64,000 nucleotides of DNA, from the NCBI GenBank assembly GCA_963720825.1, contig CAVRGY010000012.1, positions 263 through 64,262 of the forward strand. The letters are read 5' to 3'. This document shows, in pieces, positions 15,526-23,905 of the stretch; position 1 is the stretch's first letter, and each line of letters starts with the position of its first letter. The stretch is from an uncultured Chloroflexia bacterium (GTDB lineage: Bacteria > Chloroflexota > Limnocylindria > Limnocylindrales > CSP1-4). Position numbers and translations under genes: made by a program. Below the pieces are notes generated by a model that made no database searches, had not been told where the DNA came from, and saw only the letters and a list, made by a program, of their open reading frames with translations.

Positions 15526-15730
15526 GGTGTCTTCCTCCTCTGGCGGCCGCGGACCGGCCGTCGATCGCCTGTGGTGTGGATCGAGGCGACCGGGCGGGCT
15601 GGCCACGATCGACCCGTTTGATCCTCCGTCCGAGCGCATCACCAGCCGCGCGATCCGCACCGTGTGGCACCCCGGGGACATCCGGTGATGGGTGTCCCGA
15701 CCTGGCCATACGGGCCGCGTCCCGACTGGT

Positions 15731-15757
15731 TTAGCACTCTCGCTGTGAGAGTGCCAA
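15731..15757. promoter_or_regulatory. CIRCE element (HrcA operator)
   Basis: TTAGCACTC-N9-GAGTGCCAA, one mismatch to consensus TTAGCACTC-N9-GAGTGCTAA, upstream of groES. Confidence 0.93.
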
Positions 15758-15758
15758 C

Positions 15759-15787
15759 AAATTACCCGAGGGCGCTCCGGCTGTCAA
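15759..15787 (-). promoter_or_regulatory. Sigma70-type promoter of groESL
   Basis: Minus strand TTGACA (15787-15782), 17-nt spacer, TAATTT (15764-15759), immediately upstream of the CIRCE. Confidence 0.8.
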
Positions 15788-15794
15788 CCGGCCG

Positions 15795-16505
15795 TCAGGC
15801 GCGCGCGATCCCGAGCAGGCGCGAGAACTCGGTGCGCACGATCCGGTAGCACTCGCACGAGGCGTCCTCGAGACCGGGCCGGTCGAGGATGCGCATATTC
15901 CCGCGGTGATACGCGATCAGCCCGCGCGCCTGGAGGTCGGCGACCGCGGTGCCGACGCTCTGCCGAGCGACACCGAGCATGAACGCCAGGAACTCCTGGG
16001 TGAGGAAGAACGCATCGTTCTCCGCCCGGTCCTGCGTTGCCAGCAACCACCGCGCACCGCGTTGCGCCACCGTGTGAAGCCCGTTGCACGCTGCGTTCTG
16101 GGCGGTCTGGACGAAGAACGCCTGCGAGTAGGTGCGCACCAACGCACGGAGCCGCGGCTGCTCCGCAAGCAGCACCTCGAACTGCTCGGCGGGGATCCGC
16201 AGCGCGTCTCCGGACAGCTGGGACATGAGGTGGAACGGCGAGCTGTCGGCACCCAGGAAGATCGGCAGCCCGATCATTCCCTCGTTGCCCACCGTGGCGA
16301 CCTCCGCGCCGAGGCCCTCGGCCATCAGGGCGACGACCGAGATCATCCCGCTCAACGGGAAGTAGGCGAAGTCGATGGGCTGCCCGGGCCGGGCGACGAC
16401 GGCTCCCCGCGGCAGCGAGACCGGCATGAGCTGCTCGGCAGCGCGACGGGCTTCGTCGTCGCCCAGTGCGGCAAGCAGGTGGTTCCGGCTGCGTGGCTCC
16501 CTCAT
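15795..16505 (-). CDS. Crp/Fnr family transcriptional regulator
   Basis: RNHLLAAL, AYFPLSGMIS, EVATVGNEGMIG, C-terminal HTH LTQEFLAFMLGVARQSV, CECY. Confidence 0.9.
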   Translation of the reverse strand: MREPRSRNHLLAALGDDEARRAAEQLMPVSLPRGAVVARPGQPIDFAYFPLSGMISVVALMAEGLGAEVATVGNEGMIGLPIFLGADSSPFHLMSQLSGDALRIPAEQFEVLLAEQPRLRALVRTYSQAFFVQTAQNAACNGLHTVAQRGARWLLATQDRAENDAFFLTQEFLAFMLGVARQSVGTAVADLQARGLIAYHRGNMRILDRPGLEDASCECYRIVRTEFSRLLGIARA

Positions 16506-16794
16506 GACTCGTCTCGCAGTATGCGAGTCGACCGCAAGCCATGCAATCGCAGGCGACGATATGGCAGGTGGATGGCAGACGCGACCCCTGTGCCGCACGA
16601 GAATCGCACACGCCACGCGCGTGGCGGGGGAAGGCCGCAACGGACCGGTCGAGAGTTGGGCGCCCCTGTTCGACTCCAGGAGGACGACCGATGGGGCAGC
16701 CATCTGCGGGGGACCCGGACGAAGGTTCAGCCGACGCCCGGCAGTTCGAGCGCGTCGTACGCCGCTGGCTGTGGACCGATCCCGGCATCACGCG

Positions 16795-17844
16795 GTGACC
16801 GCTCGCGAGGCGCCGGCGGAGCGGACGGCCCGTAACGCGCTCCGGGCTGCGGCCGATGCGGACCAGACGTCGGCCGATGCGGACCAGACGTCGGCCGACG
16901 CGGACCAGACAGCGGCCGACGCGGATGACGATGCCGCCGTTCGCGATGCATCCAGCGCGGCCCGGGATCAGGAGCTCTCGAACCTGGACCAGGCGAACGC
17001 GGACCGCGATGCGACCAGGAACGACGCGCTCCGGGACGTTCGCGAGACAACCCGCCTCGAACGCGCCGAGGTGTCCCGGGAACGGGCCCTGACGTCCGAG
17101 GATCGTCGGCGCACCGGCGCACAGCGTGACGAGACTGCGGCTAGGCGCGACATCGTGGCGTCCCGGCGCGACGCGACCGCGCACGAGCGCGACGAGCGGG
17201 CCGCCGCGCTCGAACGCGAGATCGGGACGTTGAGGCCGTCAATCGCCATGGAGCTCGCGGCGCTGCGGACCGCGGCGGTGCAGGATCGAGAGGCCGCTGC
17301 GAGGGATCGGGCGCGCGCCGCGCGGGACCGCAGTGAAGCATCAAGACTCCGGGACGCCCTTGCGACCGCCCTCGTGACCGCCCACGTCGACGACCTGACC
17401 GGGGCCTACCGCCGGGAGATGGGCCGGCTCGCCCTGGTTCACGAGATCGCCCGGGCCCGCCGCGGCGACGGTCGCCTGGTCCTCGCCTTCGTGGACGTCG
17501 ACGACCTCAAGGGGATCAACGACCGCGACGGGCATTCCGCAGGCGATGCCGCCCTGGTCACCGTCGTCGCCGAGATCCGGGCGACGCTCCGCTCGTTCGA
17601 CCCGGTGATGCGCTACGGCGGTGACGAGTTCGTGGCGGCGATGAGCGGGGTTGACCTCGACGAGGGTACGCGTCGCTTCGAGACCATCCGTGCAGCGCTG
17701 GTCAAGCGCGCCGGGATCGGGGTCAGCCTCGGTCTTGCCCGTCTCGAGCCGGGTGACACCGTCGAGGAGCTCACGGCGCGTGCCGACGCGGACCTGTACC
17801 GGCGGCGCGGCACCCAGCCGCTCAGGGTGCCAGCCCCAGATTGA
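16795..17844 (+). CDS. Diguanylate cyclase (GGDEF) with N-terminal coiled-coil/repeat region
   Basis: DDLTGAYRR, FVDVDDLKGINDRDGHSAGD, RSFD I-site followed by PVMRYGGDEF, ARADADLY; start uncertain. Confidence 0.88.
   Translation: MTAREAPAERTARNALRAAADADQTSADADQTSADADQTAADADDDAAVRDASSAARDQELSNLDQANADRDATRNDALRDVRETTRLERAEVSRERALTSEDRRRTGAQRDETAARRDIVASRRDATAHERDERAAALEREIGTLRPSIAMELAALRTAAVQDREAAARDRARAARDRSEASRLRDALATALVTAHVDDLTGAYRREMGRLALVHEIARARRGDGRLVLAFVDVDDLKGINDRDGHSAGDAALVTVVAEIRATLRSFDPVMRYGGDEFVAAMSGVDLDEGTRRFETIRAALVKRAGIGVSLGLARLEPGDTVEELTARADADLYRRRGTQPLRVPAPD
16858..16920 (+). repeat. 21-bp tandem repeat x3 encoding ADQTSAD heptads
   Basis: GCGGACCAGACGTCGGCCGAT / ...GCCGAC / GCGGACCAGACAGCGGCCGAC. 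Confidence 0.85.
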
Positions 17845-17903
17845 TGGGTCGCCCCGGCGGCGCGGGCCACCCGCGACCGTCGGACCCGCGAGGCACGCCC
17901 GGC

Positions 17904-18746
17904 CTACGCTCCCCGGCGCGATCGGCCAGGCCCGCGGCCGAACGCCAGGTCGTAAGCTCGGACGAGGTGGTCGCCGAGCTCGCCCTCGGGGGATGGACGG
18001 AGCCCCGCGACCCAGCGCGCCGTGATCGCCACGTACTGGGGCTCATTGCGTGACCTCGGCGCACCGGGCGGCGACAGGAACGGCGAATCGGTCTCCACCA
18101 GCAGGCGGTCCGGCGGCACCAGTGGCACGACCTCCGCCGACGGCTCCTCCCCACGCCGGAACACGAGCCCCGAGAAGCTCACCGCGAGGCCCATCGCGAT
18201 CATCTCCCGCGCGTAGTCCACCGGACCGGAGAAGCTGTGCACGATGGCCGGCGGGCGTGCTCCGAACGCAGCCCGTGCCGGCTCGCCGTCGAAGCCCGCG
18301 GCCCGAAGCTCCGCGACGAGGGCGTCCTGGGCGTCGCGCTCGCCGGCCCGCGACCGGCAATGGAGGATCGCCGGCTTGCCGGTCGCCAGTGCGAGCGCCA
18401 GGTTGCGCCGCAGGTTCTCCAGCTGGGCCTCGACCGGCGAGAACAGGCGATCGAAGTCCAGGCCGGTCTCCCCGATCGCCACCACGCGCTCGTCCCGCGC
18501 CCAGGCCTCGACGTCCGCCCAGCCGGCGGCGTCGACCTTCGCCGCGTCGTGCGGGTGGACGCCGACGGCCGCGTCGAGCCATGGCCGGCGCGCCACCAGC
18601 TCCAGTGCCCGCTCGGACGACGCGACGTTCCAGCCCGGGACGAGGATCCGCTCGAGGCCGACCGCCCGGGCGTCGTCGAGCACTTGGTCGACATCGTCGG
18701 TGAACCGGTCCGCGTTGAGATGGCCGTGGGCGTCGATCAGCCGCAT
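17904..18746 (-). CDS. tatD: TatD family hydrolase
   Basis: LIDAHGHL, VGVHPH, AIGETGLD, HCR, HSF, LLVETDSPFL; follows metG. Confidence 0.93.
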   Translation of the reverse strand: MRLIDAHGHLNADRFTDDVDQVLDDARAVGLERILVPGWNVASSERALELVARRPWLDAAVGVHPHDAAKVDAAGWADVEAWARDERVVAIGETGLDFDRLFSPVEAQLENLRRNLALALATGKPAILHCRSRAGERDAQDALVAELRAAGFDGEPARAAFGARPPAIVHSFSGPVDYAREMIAMGLAVSFSGLVFRRGEEPSAEVVPLVPPDRLLVETDSPFLSPPGAPRSRNEPQYVAITARWVAGLRPSPEGELGDHLVRAYDLAFGRGPGRSRRGA

Positions 18747-18809
18747 GGGCCGATGGTATGGCCGATGGGCGCCGGGCTGGGCGCCGGGACCGCGCGCGGT
18801 TCGCCGAGG

Positions 18810-20462
18810 CTACGCGCCGTCGGCGGCGGCCGCCTCGGTCTCGATGCGAGGGAACAGCGGCTCCGGCGTCGCGGTGACGTGGCCTGCCCGGTCCCGGAGC
18901 GCCCCCCACGCCAGCTGGTCCAGGATCGCCGGACCGCCATTCCCGTCGGGGCCGTACGGGTATTCGTGTCCCAGCTGGGACATCACACGGGGCGCGATCG
19001 ATGGCATGAACGGCGCGGCGGCCAGCCCCACCAGCCGGCACGTCTCGACGAGGTCGCCCAGCACGTCCCGCAGCCGCGCCGCAGCCACGGCGTCGCCGGC
19101 CTTCGCGGCCTTGTTGAGCGTCCACGGCTGCTCCGCGTCGACGGTCCTGTTCGCGCCTCCGACCAGCTCCCACAGCTCCGCGAGCGCATCGTGGAGCCGG
19201 CATGCCTCGAGCCGGTCCCGGTACAGCAGCAGCGTGTCGGTCCAGCCCTCGGCCAGCGGCGAGTCGCCCGTCGTGCGCGGCGCCGGGCGCTCCCCGCCCA
19301 GGTACCGGTTGACCATCGACACCGTCCGGTTGACGAGGTTGCCGAAGTCGTTGGCGAGATCCGCGTTGTACCGCCGCACGAACGAGTCCCAGGAGACCTC
19401 CGTGTCGCGATCGAAGGCCACCTCGCGCAGGGTGACGTACCGGGCGCCATCGGCCCCGAACGCCGCGACCACGGCATGCGGGTCGAGGAAGTTGCCGCGG
19501 CTCTTGCTCATCCGCTCGCCGCCCGAGACCAGCAGCCAGCCGTGGACCCAGACGTGGCGGGGCGCATCGATCCCGGCCGACCACAGCATGGCGGGCCAGT
19601 AGATCGTGTGGAACCGCGCGATGTCCTTGCCGATCACGTGCAGGTCGGCGGGCCACCAGTGGTGGAACGCGTCGAGGTCGTCGGGGAAGCCGGCCCCCGT
19701 GATGTAGTTGATCAGCGCGTCCACCCAGACGTAGATCGTCCCCGCCTCCGGATCCCAGGTGCCGTCCTCGCGCTGCGCGGTCTCGCCGTTCTCGGCGATC
19801 GGGAACGGGATGCCCCAGGTGGCGCCGGCGCGGCTGATCGAGAAGTCCTCGAGGCCCTGGCGGATGAACCCCAGCATCTCGTTGCGCCGGTAGTCGGGCT
19901 GGACGAAGTCCGGGTTGGCCTCGTAATAGGCGAGCAGCCGCTCCTGGTAGGCGGACAGCCGGAAGAACCAGTTGCGCTCGGTCAGCCACTGGAGCGGGAC
20001 GTCCGGGTGGTTCGGGCACTGCATCCCGCGGGCCGTCTCGAGCAGGTCCGACGGCGCCTTGAACCCCTCGTTGGGGCAGTACCAGCCCTCGTACGAGCCG
20101 AGGTAGATGTCGCCGTTGTCGTACGCCCGGCGGACCATCTCCTGCGCCGACCGGTAGTGGTCAGGATCCGTGGTCCGGATGAACCGGTCGGGGCTGATCA
20201 GCAGCGCGCCCTCCGCGGCCTGGAACAGCGCCACCTTCTCGTCCACGAACTCGCGCGGCGTCTGGCCCTTGGCTTCGGCGGACTGGGCGATGTTGACCGA
20301 GTGCTCGTCGGTGCCGGTCAGGAACCGGGTCTCGTCGCCCAGCATCCGGTGCCAGCGCGCGATCACGTCCGCCCCGATGACCTCGTACACCGTGTGCAGG
20401 CCGGGCGCGTTGTTCGCGTACGCGATGGCGGTCGTGAGGTAGAAGCGGCGACGCTTGGACAT
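18810..20462 (-). CDS. metG: Methionine--tRNA ligase (short form, atypical HIGH motif)
   Basis: FYLTTAIAYAN, LTGTDEH, FIRTTD, YEGWYC, YVWVDALINY, IGKDIARFH, RMSKS, NADLANDFGNLVNR, PLFPRI. Confidence 0.93.
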   Translation of the reverse strand: MSKRRRFYLTTAIAYANNAPGLHTVYEVIGADVIARWHRMLGDETRFLTGTDEHSVNIAQSAEAKGQTPREFVDEKVALFQAAEGALLISPDRFIRTTDPDHYRSAQEMVRRAYDNGDIYLGSYEGWYCPNEGFKAPSDLLETARGMQCPNHPDVPLQWLTERNWFFRLSAYQERLLAYYEANPDFVQPDYRRNEMLGFIRQGLEDFSISRAGATWGIPFPIAENGETAQREDGTWDPEAGTIYVWVDALINYITGAGFPDDLDAFHHWWPADLHVIGKDIARFHTIYWPAMLWSAGIDAPRHVWVHGWLLVSGGERMSKSRGNFLDPHAVVAAFGADGARYVTLREVAFDRDTEVSWDSFVRRYNADLANDFGNLVNRTVSMVNRYLGGERPAPRTTGDSPLAEGWTDTLLLYRDRLEACRLHDALAELWELVGGANRTVDAEQPWTLNKAAKAGDAVAAARLRDVLGDLVETCRLVGLAAAPFMPSIAPRVMSQLGHEYPYGPDGNGGPAILDQLAWGALRDRAGHVTATPEPLFPRIETEAAAADGA

Positions 20463-20501
20463 GGCCGGCCGATGGTAGCAGCGGCGGCACGCAGGCCGGG
20501 G

Positions 20502-22769
20502 TCAATGCCGGAAGTGCCGGGTTCCTGTCACCACCATCGCAGCGCCCGCCGCCTCGACGGCGGCCAGGACGTCCGCGTCGCGCATCGACCCGCCGGGCTG
20601 GACGATCGCAGTCACGCCGGCCTCGAGCAGCGCCTCGGGGCCGTCGGCAAACGGGAAGAACGCGTCCGATGCGGCGACCGCGCCACGAGCCCCGCCATCG
20701 CCCTGGAACCGGACGGCCTTGTCGACCGCCTGCCGGCACGCGTCGACCCGGCTGACCTGGCCGCTGCCGAGCCCCACCAGCATCCCGTCACGAACCAGGA
20801 GGATGGCATTCGACACGACGCCCCGGACGAGCCGCCAGGCGAGATCGAGGTCGGCGAGCTCCCGGTCGGTCGGGCGACGCGACGTCGTGCACGTCCATGT
20901 CGCCGGGTCGTCGGGCTGCATGTCCGGAGCGGTCACGAGCACGGCGCCGCCGGTCGTACGCACCGAGCCCAGGTGGTCGGGGTCCGACGCCGCCGTCGGC
21001 CGCTCGCCGCTCGCGCCGCCCGCCGGCTCGAGCGCCGGGTCGACGACCAGCCGCAGGTTCGGCTTGGTCGCGAGGACCGCGAGCGCGTCATCGTCATAGG
21101 CCGGAGCCACGACCACCTCGAGGAACAGCGATGTGAGGCGGTCCGCGAGCGCGCGATCGACGGGGCCCCGCACGGCCACGACGCCCCCGAACGCCGAGAC
21201 CGGGTCGCCGGCCAGCGCAGCATCCCAGGCATCGAGCAGGTTCGGCCGCTCGGCGGCGCCGCACGGGTTGGTGTGCTTCATGATCACGACCGCCGGCCCG
21301 CGCAGCAGCCGGGCGACGGCGGCCGCCGCCGACGCGTCGAGCACGTTGTTGTAGCTCAGCGCCTTGCCCTGGAGGGGCGGCTCGCCGGACGCGAATGGGC
21401 CCTCGCCGGGACGCGGCTCGCGGTCGGTGCGCCGGTACCGGGCGGCCGGCTGGTGCGGGTTCTCGCCGTAGCGCAGCGTCTCGACCTTGGTCATCGAGAT
21501 CGTCAGGGTCGGCGGGTAGGGGTCGTCCGAGGTGGGCAGGCCGGGCTCGGGCGGCAATGGGACGCCCGCCTCGAACATGCGGCCGGGCAGCTCCGCGGCG
21601 ATCCGCGCGTCGTACGCGGCGGTGTGGCGGAACGCCTCGACGGCCAGCGCGGAGCGGAGCCCGAGCGGGATCTCCCCGTGCTCGTCGAGCGCGGCGACGA
21701 TCGCGTCATACCGGTCCGGCGAGGTGACGATCGCGACCGAGGCATGGTTCTTGGCGGCCGCCCGGACCATCGACGGGCCGCCGATGTCGATCTCCTCAAC
21801 CAGGTCGTCGAACGAGATCCCCGGCCGGCGCGCCGCCTCCGCGAACGGATACAGGTTGACGACCACGAGCTCGAACGGCGCGATGCCCGCGGCCAGCAGC
21901 GTCTCGCGATGATCCGCGCGACGGCGATCGGCGAGCAGCCCCGCGTGCACCCGGGGATGGAGCGTCTTGACGCGGCCGTCGAGCATCTCGGGGAACCCCG
22001 TGACGGCCGCGACGTCCGTGACCGGCAGGCCGGCAGCGCGCAGTATCCGTGCGGTGCCCCCGGTGCTCACCAGCTCGAAGCCACGGGCGACCAGGCCGCG
22101 GCCCAGGTCCGCCAGGCCGGACTTGTCCGAGACGGACAGCAGCGCCCGGCGTGGGACGGGGACCGCGGCGTCAGCCGTCGACGCGTCAAGGTGAACGCGC
22201 CGGGCTCCGTCGGACGCCGACAGCGCCCCTGCAAGGAGGTTGGCGACCGCGGCGGGCAGCAGCCGGTGCTCGACGGCGTGGAGCCGCCCGAGCAGCGAGT
22301 CCTCGTCGTCCCCCGGCAGCACGGAGACCGCCTCCTGGGCGACGATCGGGCCGCCGTCGAGCGTTGCGTCCACGAGGTGGACGGTCACGCCGGTGACCGC
22401 GACGCCCGCCGCGAGCGCGTCGCGGACGCCGTGGAGCCCCGGGAACGCCGGCAGCAGCGACGGATGGACATTGAGGATCCGGCCGCCGAATGCCGCCAGC
22501 ACCGCGGGCCCGACCAGCCGCAGGTAGCCCGCCAGCACGACCGCATCGGGCTCGACGGCGGTCAGCGTCGCGGCCAGCGTCGCGTCGTCACCGCCCGGGA
22601 CGAGCACGGTGTCGATCCCCTGCTCCGCCGCCCAGTCGAGCGCCGGACACGGGCGATCGGCGAACACGAGCACGATGTCGCCGCCCAGCGCGCCCGTCGC
22701 CGCGACGGCCGCGAGCGCCCGCAGGTTTGAGCCGCTGCCCGAGGCGCCGACCGCGATCCGTCCGCTCAC
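20502..22769 (-). CDS. purH: Fused PurN (GAR formyltransferase) - PurH (IMP cyclohydrolase/AICAR formyltransferase)
   Basis: N-terminal SGSGSNL...LAGY...NVHPSLLPAFPG...TGVTVHLVD...DGGPI (PurN) runs in frame into RALLSVSDKSG, STGGT, GRVKTLHP, NLYPF, IDIGG, LRYGENPHQ, KHTNPCG, ASDAFFPF, QPGGS, RHFRH (PurH). Confidence 0.92.
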   Translation of the reverse strand: MSGRIAVGASGSGSNLRALAAVAATGALGGDIVLVFADRPCPALDWAAEQGIDTVLVPGGDDATLAATLTAVEPDAVVLAGYLRLVGPAVLAAFGGRILNVHPSLLPAFPGLHGVRDALAAGVAVTGVTVHLVDATLDGGPIVAQEAVSVLPGDDEDSLLGRLHAVEHRLLPAAVANLLAGALSASDGARRVHLDASTADAAVPVPRRALLSVSDKSGLADLGRGLVARGFELVSTGGTARILRAAGLPVTDVAAVTGFPEMLDGRVKTLHPRVHAGLLADRRRADHRETLLAAGIAPFELVVVNLYPFAEAARRPGISFDDLVEEIDIGGPSMVRAAAKNHASVAIVTSPDRYDAIVAALDEHGEIPLGLRSALAVEAFRHTAAYDARIAAELPGRMFEAGVPLPPEPGLPTSDDPYPPTLTISMTKVETLRYGENPHQPAARYRRTDREPRPGEGPFASGEPPLQGKALSYNNVLDASAAAAVARLLRGPAVVIMKHTNPCGAAERPNLLDAWDAALAGDPVSAFGGVVAVRGPVDRALADRLTSLFLEVVVAPAYDDDALAVLATKPNLRLVVDPALEPAGGASGERPTAASDPDHLGSVRTTGGAVLVTAPDMQPDDPATWTCTTSRRPTDRELADLDLAWRLVRGVVSNAILLVRDGMLVGLGSGQVSRVDACRQAVDKAVRFQGDGGARGAVAASDAFFPFADGPEALLEAGVTAIVQPGGSMRDADVLAAVEAAGAAMVVTGTRHFRH

Positions 22770-23905
22770 CGCGCGTCCTCCACGTACCGCCCCCCGATCA
22801 ACGCCGCATCCACCACCTCGCCGACGACCCATGCCGGCAGGCCGCGCTCGGTCGCCAGCCGGAGCGTTCGTCCGGCGGTCTCCCGGGCGACCACCAGCAC
22901 CATGCCCAGACCGCCATTGAACGTCGCGCGGAGCTCATCGTCCTCCAGCCCGCCGATCGCGCCGAACAGCCGCATCACGACGGGCATCGGCCATGCGGCC
23001 GGGTCGAGCCGCGCGCCGAGGGCGGCCGGAAGGGCACGGGGCACGTTGCCCGGCAGGCCGCCGCCGGTGATGTGCGCGATGCCCCGGATGTCGTGGCCCT
23101 CCGCGGCCAGCGATGCGCGGATCGCGAGCAGGTCGCGGGCGTAGATGCGGGTCGGCGTCAGCAGGACCTCGCCCAGGGTGGCCAGCGCATGCTCCGGCTC
23201 GCGCGCGAGCAGCGGCGCAGCGGTGGCGTCCCCCAGCGAGCGCCTGGCCACCTCCTGGAACGGTCGGTGCAGGTCGAGGTCGTGCTCGGCGACGAGGGCG
23301 CGGACGAGCGAGTAGCCGTTGGCGTGGAGGCCGTTCGAGCCGAGGCCAAGGATCACGTCGCCGGGACGGGCCGCGCTGGCGTCGAGCAGGCGGTCGCGCT
23401 CGGCCACGCCGATGCAGAAGCCGGCCAGGTCGAACTCGTGGGCGTCCATCAGGCCGGGATGCTCGGCGGTCTCGCCGCCCACGAGCGCGCAGCCGGCTTG
23501 GCGACAGCCGTCGGCGACGCCTCCGACGAGCTCGGCGACCTGGGTCGGGTCGAGCTTGCCGACGGCCACGTAGTCGAGGAATGCCACCGGCTCCGCGCCG
23601 CTGCACACGACGTCGTCGGCGCACATCGCGACCAGGTCCACGCCGATCGTGTCGAACCGGCCGAGCGCTGCCGCGATGGCGGTCTTGGTGCCCACGCCGT
23701 CGGTCGAGGCGACCATGACCGGTTCCCGGATGCCGGCCGGGATCGTGATGGCCGATCCGAACCCGCCCAGACCGCCCAGCACCTCGGGTCGGTGCGTGGA
23801 GGCGACCAACGCGCGAATCAGCTCGACCGTGCGCTCACCGGCCGCGACGTCCACGCCGGAACGCGCATACGCCGCTCGCGCGGACGCCGGACGGGGGCCT
23901 GTCAT
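22766..23905 (-). CDS. purM: Phosphoribosylformylglycinamidine cyclo-ligase (AIR synthetase)
   Basis: YARSGVD, STDGVGTK, GGETAEHPG, SNGLHANGYSLVR, AHITGGG, TFNGGLGM. Confidence 0.95.
   Translation of the reverse strand: MTGPRPASARAAYARSGVDVAAGERTVELIRALVASTHRPEVLGGLGGFGSAITIPAGIREPVMVASTDGVGTKTAIAAALGRFDTIGVDLVAMCADDVVCSGAEPVAFLDYVAVGKLDPTQVAELVGGVADGCRQAGCALVGGETAEHPGLMDAHEFDLAGFCIGVAERDRLLDASAARPGDVILGLGSNGLHANGYSLVRALVAEHDLDLHRPFQEVARRSLGDATAAPLLAREPEHALATLGEVLLTPTRIYARDLLAIRASLAAEGHDIRGIAHITGGGLPGNVPRALPAALGARLDPAAWPMPVVMRLFGAIGGLEDDELRATFNGGLGMVLVVARETAGRTLRLATERGLPAWVVGEVVDAALIGGRYVEDAR

Noticed and set aside
16858-16920. 21-bp repeats as an array or iterons
   Set aside because: In-frame coding heptad repeats inside the GGDEF gene.
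18237-22730. Very long plus-strand ORF (1497 aa) and many other long antisense ORFs in the track
   Set aside because: Shadow frames opposite tatD/metG/purH caused by high GC and few stop codons; Arg/Gly/Pro-rich, with no domain motifs.
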